A stretch of DNA of 64,000 nt from an uncultured Candidatus Saccharibacteria bacterium (GTDB lineage Bacteria > Patescibacteriota > Minisyncoccia > Minisyncoccales > MHMH01), in assembly GCA_964482335.1 (NCBI GenBank), contig CAYZXA010000001.1:24983-88982 (forward strand), in the 5' to 3' direction. Positions within the stretch are counted from its first letter, which is position 1, and the number at the start of each line of letters is the position of its first letter. Under the pieces are notes generated by a model that did no database searches, had not been told where the DNA came from, and saw only the letters and a program-made list of their open reading frames with translations. The position numbers and the translations under genes are program-made. Positions 54,996 through 62,490 of the stretch are shown one piece after another.

Positions 54996-55025
54996 GAACC
55001 TCGCTTTGCGAGAACCTTGATTTTT
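54993..55025 (+). repeat. post-stop-codon hairpin motif, copy B
   Basis: TAAGAACCTCGCTTTGCGAGAACCTTGATTTTT, beginning with the pheT stop codon. Confidence 0.5.
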
Positions 55026-55037
55026 AATTAAAATAAT

Positions 55038-57032
55038 ATGCTTAAAAAATTAAAAAAAGCCAAAAAAGCAAAACCAAAGAAGAAGCCAAAGGAAATGATT
55101 AAACCAAGAAAGAAGGTTGCTAAAGACACTACTTACGAAGCTAAGGATATTTATGTTTTGCAAGGATTGGAGCCGGTAAGGCGAAGACCAGGCATGTACA
55201 TTGGTTCAACTGGGACAGAAGGTCTTCATCATTTAATCTATGAAACGACTGACAATTCCTTGGACGAGGCCATTGCTGGTTACTGTAAAAACATTGATGT
55301 TATTCTAATGAAAGATAACAAAGTGAAGGTGACTGATGATGGCAGAGGTATTCCAGTATCCAAACACCCCCAGACTAAGAAATCAGCCTTAGAGACAGTT
55401 ATGACTACTCTGCATGCTGGAGCAAAGTTTGGCGGTAAATCTTATCAGATTGCCGGAGGCTTGCACGGCGTTGGTGTTTCAGTAGTTTGTGCTTTGTCTC
55501 GTTGGATGAGGGCTGAAGTTTGTCGGGATGGTATTAGATACTTCCAAGAATATTCTCAAGGTAAAGCGAAAACAAAAGTGAAAAAGGCTGGAAAATGCAA
55601 GCAGACCGGCACCACTGTTTTGTTTGAGCCAGACCCAGAAATTTTCAAAGAAATAAAGTTTGATTTAAAGAAAATTTTAGAACACCTTCGCCAACAAGCT
55701 TATTTAACTTCTGGTGTTAGAATAACAGTTATTGACAATAGGACTGCTGTTTCCCAAAACTACAGTTTTTATTTTGAAGGCGGGCTGAAGTCCTACATTA
55801 AATACTTAGTCCAGGGCGTAGTGCCGGTGCAGCAGAGTATCTTTTATACCAGCGGAGAAAAGCAAGGGATCCTAGTTGAGGCAGCTTTTCAATATACGCA
55901 GGAGAGGGAAGCGTATGAGGAAAGCTTTGCCAATAATATTAATACTGGTGAAGGCGGTTCTCATTCGACTGGCTTCAGAACTGCTTTGACTCGTTCCTTG
56001 AACGACTATGCTCGGAAAAACAACTTCATTAAAAACACAGATGACAATTTTAGTGGTGAGGATGTCAGAGATGGTTTTTCCGGAGTGGTGGCTGTCAAGC
56101 TAAGAGAACCTCAGTTTGAAGGCCAAACCAAAGCTAAACTTGGCAACCCCGAAGCAAAGGCAGCAGTTGAGGCAGTCATTACCGATGGTTTAGCTGATTT
56201 CCTAGAGAGAAATCCTCAGGATGCCAGAGCCATTATTGAGAAGTGTCTTTTGACTGCCAAAGCCAGAAAAGCAGCCCGAGCCGCTCGTCAGACCGTTTTG
56301 AGAAAAGGAGCTTTAGAGGGTTTGGCGCTTCCTGGTAAACTGGCTGATTGTGCTTCCCGTAAGCCAGAAGAGTCAGAGCTTTTTATTGTTGAGGGACCTT
56401 CTGCTGGAGGCTCATGTAAGATGGGTAGAGATAGACGATTTCAGGCTGTTCTGCCTTTGCGGGGAAAGATTTTAAACGTTGAGAGAGCCGGGCTAGACAA
56501 AGTATTATCTTCCCAAGAGATTAAATCTTTAATTATTGCTTTAGGTACAGCAATTGCCGAGGATTTTAATATTGAGAAATTAAGGTATCAACGTGTTATT
56601 CTGACCTTAGATGCTGATGTTGATGGTTCACATATTAGAACCTTGCTCTTGACTCTTTTTTATCGCTATTTCCAGTCAATTATTGAAAAAGGCTTTCTAT
56701 ACATTGCTCAGCCTCCACTTTATAAAATACAGTCAGGCAAAAGAATGGAGTATGCTTATACCGAGCAAGACAGGGCAGAGATTTTAAGTTCAATGAAAAA
56801 GGAGAATAAAGGCACTCCTTCTGTCCAAAGATATAAAGGTTTGGGAGAGATGAATCCTTTAGAGCTGTGGACAACGACCATGGATCCACAAAACAGAATC
56901 TTATTGAAGGTGATGATTGAAAATGCCAGAGAAGCTGATCATATCTTTGATACTTTGATGGGAGATGAGGTTTTGCCCAGAAAGAAGTTTATTCAGGCTC
57001 ATGCTAAAAAAGTTAAAAACTTAGATATTTAA
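55038..57032 (+). CDS. gyrB: DNA gyrase subunit B with a lysine-rich N-terminal extension
   Basis: GLEPVRRRPGMYIGS, the GHKL ATPase fold, a Toprim domain (EGPSAGGS, PLRGKILNVE) and QRYKGLGEM. Confidence 0.95.
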   Translation: MLKKLKKAKKAKPKKKPKEMIKPRKKVAKDTTYEAKDIYVLQGLEPVRRRPGMYIGSTGTEGLHHLIYETTDNSLDEAIAGYCKNIDVILMKDNKVKVTDDGRGIPVSKHPQTKKSALETVMTTLHAGAKFGGKSYQIAGGLHGVGVSVVCALSRWMRAEVCRDGIRYFQEYSQGKAKTKVKKAGKCKQTGTTVLFEPDPEIFKEIKFDLKKILEHLRQQAYLTSGVRITVIDNRTAVSQNYSFYFEGGLKSYIKYLVQGVVPVQQSIFYTSGEKQGILVEAAFQYTQEREAYEESFANNINTGEGGSHSTGFRTALTRSLNDYARKNNFIKNTDDNFSGEDVRDGFSGVVAVKLREPQFEGQTKAKLGNPEAKAAVEAVITDGLADFLERNPQDARAIIEKCLLTAKARKAARAARQTVLRKGALEGLALPGKLADCASRKPEESELFIVEGPSAGGSCKMGRDRRFQAVLPLRGKILNVERAGLDKVLSSQEIKSLIIALGTAIAEDFNIEKLRYQRVILTLDADVDGSHIRTLLLTLFYRYFQSIIEKGFLYIAQPPLYKIQSGKRMEYAYTEQDRAEILSSMKKENKGTPSVQRYKGLGEMNPLELWTTTMDPQNRILLKVMIENAREADHIFDTLMGDEVLPRKKFIQAHAKKVKNLDI

Positions 57033-57034
57033 TT

Positions 57035-57475
57035 ATGAATGATTCTGTTGATAAAAAAGGAGTTTTGAAGGCAATGTTTCTGGCTATTTTAATTGCTTTT
57101 TTAGCCATTGGCATTTTAGCCTGGCAATACCAACGCATAGAGAAAGAGCGGTTGCCAGCACTTGAGGAGAAAATTGAGAAAAGATCAACTGAGGATGTTT
57201 TAGATAAGTTCATGCAAATGAGGATTGATAAAAATGAAAAAGGAGCCTTGCGCTATCTGACAGAGGGCGCTGTCCAGCAAAGGGATCAGGCAGAGTTTAG
57301 CTTGCTGGACAACTTTGAAAGCTATGAGATTTTACAAAGTGAGAAAGTGGATGAAGAGAAATACCGCTATGTAGTTAAAATATATGAAGAAGGAATGGGT
57401 GATTTTATTGAAGTAATTACCTTAATTAAAATCTTAGACAATTACTATATTGACTCAGTGCAAATCGCCGGCTAA
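57035..57475 (+). CDS. membrane-anchored protein, unknown function
   Basis: One TM helix (AMFLAILIAFLAIGILAW) followed by a soluble domain. Confidence 0.45.
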   Translation: MNDSVDKKGVLKAMFLAILIAFLAIGILAWQYQRIEKERLPALEEKIEKRSTEDVLDKFMQMRIDKNEKGALRYLTEGAVQQRDQAEFSLLDNFESYEILQSEKVDEEKYRYVVKIYEEGMGDFIEVITLIKILDNYYIDSVQIAG

Positions 57476-57483
57476 GTACGGGG

Positions 57484-57513
57484 TTGACAAACTATACCTT
57501 ATTTTATTAAGAT
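57484..57513 (+). promoter_or_regulatory. putative secE-nusG-rplK promoter
   Basis: TTGACA, 18 nt, TAAGAT. Confidence 0.45.
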
Positions 57514-57548
57514 AAAGATGAGGCCCCAAAGGGGCTTTTAAAAACCTT

Positions 57549-57734
57549 ATGATTGGTAAACTCATTACTTATTTAAAGGAAGTTAAATTAGAAATAAGAA
57601 AGGTCAACTGGCCAACGCGCCAGCAGACTATTAGATACACTTTAATTGTTTTAGGGATTTCAGCAGTTGTTGCCATATTCTTGGGTGGTCTAGATTTTCT
57701 TTTCACCTATTTATTAAATGCCTTTATACTTTAA
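57549..57734 (+). CDS. secE: preprotein translocase subunit SecE
   Basis: 61 aa: EVKLEIRKVNWPTRQQ followed by a single TM helix. Confidence 0.9.
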   Translation: MIGKLITYLKEVKLEIRKVNWPTRQQTIRYTLIVLGISAVVAIFLGGLDFLFTYLLNAFIL

Positions 57735-58279
57735 TGCCTAAGCAACAAATAGAACAACAAAAAAACTGGTATGTTATCCATACTTATTCTGGGTATGAGG
57801 ATGCTGTAGCTAAAAATCTCAAGCAAAGGATTGAGTCTTTAGGCATGGAAGACAAGATTTTCAATGTTATTGTGCCCAAAGAGAAAAAGATTAAGATCAA
57901 AGACAGTAAGAGAAAGGTGATTGAAGAGAAGATTTATCCAGGTTACGTTTTGGTTGAGATGATTGTTACAGATGATTCCTGGTATGTTGTCAGAAATACG
58001 CCTAATGTGACTGGCTTTGTCGGAGCAGGAACTACTCCTGTGCCGGTTTCTCTTCAAGAAATTGAAACCTTGAAGAAAAAGATGGGAGTTGAAACTCCTC
58101 AGTACAAGATAGACGTTAAGGCAGGCGATGCCGTAAAAATTATTGATGGTCCCTTTAAGGATTTTGACGGCAAGGTTTCAGAGATAGACGAAGAGAGAGG
58201 CAAGGTCAAAGTATTAGTTAATATGTTTGGCAGAGATACGCCAGTTGAACTTGATTCTCTGCAGATAAAAAAGATCTAA
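57734..58279 (+). CDS. nusG: transcription termination/antitermination factor NusG
   Basis: [15 protein letters not shown] domain and a C-terminal KOW ([18 protein letters not shown]). Confidence 0.95.
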   Translation: MPKQQIEQQKNWYVIHTYSGYEDAVAKNLKQRIESLGMEDKIFNVIVPKEKKIKIKDSKRKVIEEKIYPGYVLVEMIVTDDSWYVVRNTPNVTGFVGAGTTPVPVSLQEIETLKKKMGVETPQYKIDVKAGDAVKIIDGPFKDFDGKVSEIDEERGKVKVLVNMFGRDTPVELDSLQIKKI

Positions 58280-58280
58280 C

Positions 58281-58703
58281 ATGGCAAAAAAAGTTAAAGC
58301 TATTATTAAATTACAGATTCAAGCTGGCGGGGCAACGCCTGCTCCTCCAGTGGGGCCGGCTTTGGCTCAGCACGGTTTGAATATTGGCGAGTTTTGTCAA
58401 AAGTTCAACGATGCCACTAAACAGAACCAGGGATTTAAGATTCCAGTTGAAATTACGGTGTATGAAGACAGAACATATAATTTTAGATTAAAGCAGCCCC
58501 CAGCCGCTGAGCTTTTGAAAAAAGCAGCTGGCATTGAGAAGGGCTCTGGAGAACCTAACAAGACCAAGGTTGCTAAGATTTCCCGAGCCCAATTACGCCA
58601 GATTGCTGAAAAGAAGATGGAAGACTTGAACGCTGAAGACATTGAAAGCGCTATGAGGATCATTGAGGGCACAGCCCGTAATATGGGGATTGAAGTGCAG
58701 TAG
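58281..58703 (+). CDS. rplK: 50S ribosomal protein L11
   Basis: [27 protein letters not shown]. Confidence 0.96.
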   Translation: MAKKVKAIIKLQIQAGGATPAPPVGPALAQHGLNIGEFCQKFNDATKQNQGFKIPVEITVYEDRTYNFRLKQPPAAELLKKAAGIEKGSGEPNKTKVAKISRAQLRQIAEKKMEDLNAEDIESAMRIIEGTARNMGIEVQ

Positions 58704-58725
58704 CCTTTTGTTGGGGAAATTATAT

Positions 58726-59076
58726 ATGCCAATAATAATTGTTAAAGATTCAATAAAGCGAGAAGAATTGAAACGTGTTGCCAAAAAGCAGTTCGGTGAC
58801 TTAGTAAAGGCAGTGGTAGACATAGAACAGGGGATTATGGCAGTTGGTGGAGAACTTCACTCTGATGAGGAGGTCTTTCTTATGGAGCAAGAAAACTCAA
58901 AGCGAGAGTATACCTGGGGCATTAGTCTTTATCCTGAGAAAACGGGTGATGACTGGATTGAGCTTGATTCTGTGATTAACCTAAAACCTTCTTTTGGTAA
59001 TCGCTCTCGAGATGTGGATAATCCCATAGTTCGAGAAAAAATTAGAAAAATTGTAGAAAAACTCGTATCAAGATGA
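58726..59076 (+). CDS. DUF5674-like protein
   Basis: FGDLVKAVVDIEQGIMAVGGELHSDEE...WGISLYPEK...INLKPSFGNRSR matches my memory of DUF5674. Confidence 0.5.
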   Translation: MPIIIVKDSIKREELKRVAKKQFGDLVKAVVDIEQGIMAVGGELHSDEEVFLMEQENSKREYTWGISLYPEKTGDDWIELDSVINLKPSFGNRSRDVDNPIVREKIRKIVEKLVSR

Positions 59077-59414
59077 ATAAACTTTATCACAAAGAATTGG
59101 CTGAAGGTAGATGGTTTCAGCTTTCTTTAGCAGAGCAATTGGCAAATATTGGTAGCGAGGTGAGTCGGGCACGCAAATGGCAGGGAAAAGACGAAAATAT
59201 TTTTTGGGGCGCAGTTGACAGAGCCCTTGAACTTTTTGATTTGACTCTTGCGGATCCTCGGTGGAGAAAGGGTCGTTTGCGGGAAATTGCAAGGGTACGA
59301 GAAATATTTTGCGATGCTCTTTTTGGAGGAAAGAATTATCAAAGTTCCCTTAAAGATCTTGAACGATATTTTCTGCTTTTTGCGTTTCTTGTTCGGCAAC
59401 GATTGCTAGTTTGA
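59073..59414 (+). CDS. 113-aa helical protein, unknown function
   Basis: ATGA-coupled to the previous gene. W/R-rich helices, no motif recognised. Confidence 0.45.
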   Translation: MNKLYHKELAEGRWFQLSLAEQLANIGSEVSRARKWQGKDENIFWGAVDRALELFDLTLADPRWRKGRLREIARVREIFCDALFGGKNYQSSLKDLERYFLLFAFLVRQRLLV

Positions 59415-59459
59415 AGTTTTGAAGGCGCTGCCAAAAATATTGGGATTGAAATTAAATAA
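59415..59459 (+). pseudogene. displaced duplicate of the rplK 3' end (last 13 L11 codons plus stop)
   Basis: Reads S-FEGAAKNIGIEIK*, compared with the [13 protein letters not shown] of the live rplK (58662-58703). It follows the cassette stop codon in the same frame. Confidence 0.65.
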
Positions 59460-59481
59460 ATTTTAAGATATTATTAATCAT

Positions 59482-60060
59482 ATGATTCTTTCTGATAAAG
59501 ACATTAAGAAACATATTGCTGAAGGCAAGATAAAGATTAATCCAGAACCGAATTTTGATGAACAGTTAGGTCCTTGCTCTTTAGATTTACACTTAGGCAA
59601 CATCTTTAAAGTTTTCAAACCTTCTCAATATCCTTATTTAGACTTAAAGAGGAACGTCCATTTTGAGGAATTGATGGAGGAGGTAAGAATAGAAGATGGT
59701 GCTCCATTTATTTTACAGCCCAAAGATTTTATTTTAGCTACGACCAAAGAAGAGTTTATTTTACCCGACAATATAATGGCCAGACTCGATGGCAGGTCTT
59801 CCTTAGGCAGATTAGGCATTGTTGTTCATTCAACCGCTGCCAGATTTGATCCAGGATGGCAGGGCAACGCAGTTATGGAACTTGGCAATTTAGGCATTAT
59901 GCCCGTTGTTTTGTATTCTGGCATGCGTATTTGCGCTTTAACCTTTGAAACGCTTTCTAGCCCCTGCGACATTACTTATTTAAAAAAGAAAGGTCAGAAA
60001 TATGGAAAACAGACATCTCCGCGAGCCAGTAAAATTACTGAAGAATTTAACAAGCAATAA
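59482..60060 (+). CDS. dcd: dCTP deaminase (possibly the bifunctional dCTP deaminase/dUTPase type)
   Basis: MILSDKDI, GPCSLDLHLG, RLDGRSSLGRLG and NAVMELGN motifs. Confidence 0.88.
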   Translation: MILSDKDIKKHIAEGKIKINPEPNFDEQLGPCSLDLHLGNIFKVFKPSQYPYLDLKRNVHFEELMEEVRIEDGAPFILQPKDFILATTKEEFILPDNIMARLDGRSSLGRLGIVVHSTAARFDPGWQGNAVMELGNLGIMPVVLYSGMRICALTFETLSSPCDITYLKKKGQKYGKQTSPRASKITEEFNKQ

Positions 60061-60062
60061 TT

Positions 60063-60917
60063 ATGGAGGATTTAAAGAGTTGGCCTTCGATTGAAGGAAG
60101 ATATAAAAAGGGAAATCCACAATCTCCGGTGGCTATTTGTACCAATGCCACGGTTGAAGGAATTGAACCTGATATGGAAAAAGTAGCTTTGATCGGCAAA
60201 TGTGTTACTGAAAATATTGGTATTGAGAAAATCATCCAGAACATTGTTGCTAATCCATACATCAGGTTTTTGATTTTTTGTGGCAAAGTCTCCAAGGGGC
60301 ATTTTGTCAGCCAAGCTTTCCTTTCTTTAAAAAAAAACGGTATAGATAAAGAGAAAAGAATTATTGGGGCTCGGGGGAACACCCCTTTTTTGAAAGGGAT
60401 TGATGAAGCATTAATAGAAAGGTTTCGTCAACAGGTTGAGATGGTTGATTTAATGCCAGAACAAGATAGGGAGAAAATAATGAAAAAAGTAGACGATTGC
60501 TTAAGGCGAAATCCCGGTCCTTTTTCTGGAGAACCTGTTAAGGTTCAGGAAGTTGAAACAATCCAGGCTAAGTCTTGTCCTGACTGGATTGCTGACCCCA
60601 AAGGATTTTTTGTTATTTCCATAGACCGTAACCTAAACAAGATAATCGTTGAGCATTTTCAGAATAATAAACTTACCAAAAAGATAATTGGTAATTCAGC
60701 TGAAGAAATTTCAAAAACTATCAGCTACCTTGATTTGATTGGCGATTTTGAACAGACAAAAGAACATACCATGTATTTAGCCAGAGAACTTCAAAAAGCA
60801 GAATTTGCCTTGAAAAATAATTTAGATTATGAGCAAGATAGTGAGTTACAAATAAAAAAGGTCAAACAAGAAGATAAACAAAAAAAATCAGCCAATGAAG
60901 ATGATTGGTTCGATTAA
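60063..60917 (+). CDS. MtrA-like (tetrahydromethanopterin S-methyltransferase subunit A family) N-domain fused to a DUF4346-like C-domain
   Basis: WP..[28 protein letters not shown]...GH and G..PFL......ERFR.Q all parallel archaeal MtrA, including the His that ligates the corrinoid in MtrA. Confidence 0.6.
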   Translation: [284 protein letters not shown]

Positions 60918-60923
60918 AAAACT

Positions 60924-61700
60924 ATGTACGAAACAAAAATCGTTGAAGCTAAAACTTTAGGGGAGGCATGGGAAAAATCCTGTATTTTAATGATGCAGGA
61001 AGGTCATACTCGTTATGTCCAAGCACCTGAATATCAGATAGAGACAAAGGACCTTCCCTTGTTGATTAAAGTCGCAGATCCTTTTTCTGAACCAAGATTG
61101 AGCGATAAAGTCAATACAACAAAAGGATTAGCGGATGAATACACTAAGAAATTCTTACATGGTTCGGGTAAAGAGAACGAGAACAGTTTTGATTATACCT
61201 ATTTTTCTCGTTTGCGCTGCTACCCTGATTGTAAGGTCAGGGCCTGGCTGCCAAGCGTTACTGAGACTGATGAAGAATTGGCCGAAGAAGTTAAAAAAAT
61301 CTCTCCTGACGGCAAATGCGTTGTTCAGCGCATCGACCAGGTGGAGAAAGCCATCAATATCCTTAAAAAGGATCCAACCCGCCGCACAGTGGTTATGCAT
61401 ACCTGGGTGCCCTTCCGAGACTTAATGAAATTCGGGCCAAAGAGAGGAGACACTTCTTCGCCTTGCGTGCTTTTATTTTATCCTCAGTTGGTTGATGAGA
61501 AGCTCCATATGTTTGTCGTTATGAAGACCAATGATTTGTACAACGCTTGGCCAGAAAACGCTTATGCTTTCAGTGCTTTGCAAAAATACATGGCAGATGA
61601 GCTGAGAGTGGGGACTGGTACCTATACTCATTTTTCTGTCAGTATGCATATTTACAAAGATATGTACAATGAGGTCAAGAAAAAGTTCAATTTGCAATAG
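60924..61700 (+). CDS. thyA: divergent (archaeal-type) thymidylate synthase ThyA homolog
   Basis: The catalytic Cys context SPCVLLFYPQ aligns with PPCHxxxQF. MKTNDLYNAWPENAYAFSAL aligns with QRSxDxxLGxPFNIASYALL. Confidence 0.65.
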   Translation: MYETKIVEAKTLGEAWEKSCILMMQEGHTRYVQAPEYQIETKDLPLLIKVADPFSEPRLSDKVNTTKGLADEYTKKFLHGSGKENENSFDYTYFSRLRCYPDCKVRAWLPSVTETDEELAEEVKKISPDGKCVVQRIDQVEKAINILKKDPTRRTVVMHTWVPFRDLMKFGPKRGDTSSPCVLLFYPQLVDEKLHMFVVMKTNDLYNAWPENAYAFSALQKYMADELRVGTGTYTHFSVSMHIYKDMYNEVKKKFNLQ

Positions 61701-61719
61701 AGAAGATTAGTTAGATGCT

Positions 61720-61751
61720 AGGCTTCTGAGAAGCGGAAGCCTTTTTCTTTT
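61720..61751 (+). terminator. intrinsic terminator
   Basis: AGGCTTC / GAAGCCT stem followed by TTTTTCTTTT. Confidence 0.65.
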
Positions 61752-61779
61752 GAGGTAAATTTGTTAAAATTAAGGAAGT

Positions 61780-62472
61780 ATGGAAATTGCTAAAGTTATT
61801 GACCAGACCTTTCTGAAAAAGGGAGCGGCGGATGAAAAGATAAAGGAACTTTGCCAAGAGACCAGAGAATACGGCTTTCGGGGTTTTTGCATTTTTCCAG
61901 AACATACGAAGTTGGCTAAAAAATGCCTTAAGGGCAGTGGCGTTAAAGTGACCACTTTGATAGATGAGCCAACTGGTCAGAGTTCTTCTAAAAAGAGAAT
62001 TAAGATGGTTAAGAAAGCTAAAAAAGCAGGGAGCGATGAAGTTGACGTAGTTATGAAGATAGATGATTTTAAAAACGGCAAATATGAAGAAGTTTTAAAG
62101 GATTTGAAAGCTATTTGTTCTATTCTGCCAACAAAAGTCATAATTGGCTCAGGATACTTGACTGACGAAGAGATTAAGAAGGCTTCTCAAATTGTTAAAA
62201 CTGCGGGCGCTATCTGTGTTAAAACAGCTACCATCAGTGATCCTTTGGACCATTCAGAGTTAGACGAGAAAGCAAAACATGTCAGGATTATGAAAGAATC
62301 TGCTCCTGGCTTGCTGGTTAAAGCGGCTGGCAATGTTAGGAAAATAGCTGATTTAAGAATAATGACGGAGGCTGGAGCTAATATCATTGGTACAAGTTCT
62401 GGCGTTGAAATTGTTAATGAAGCTCAAGGTATTCAAACCGAAACTAAAAAAGACGATAGAATAATTGAGTAA
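61780..62472 (+). CDS. deoC: deoxyribose-phosphate aldolase
   Basis: IDQTFLK, DEVDVVM and CVKTAT (Schiff-base Lys context) match the DeoC pattern. Confidence 0.8.
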   Translation: MEIAKVIDQTFLKKGAADEKIKELCQETREYGFRGFCIFPEHTKLAKKCLKGSGVKVTTLIDEPTGQSSSKKRIKMVKKAKKAGSDEVDVVMKIDDFKNGKYEEVLKDLKAICSILPTKVIIGSGYLTDEEIKKASQIVKTAGAICVKTATISDPLDHSELDEKAKHVRIMKESAPGLLVKAAGNVRKIADLRIMTEAGANIIGTSSGVEIVNEAQGIQTETKKDDRIIE

Positions 62473-62490
62473 AGCCGGATCTTACTCAAT

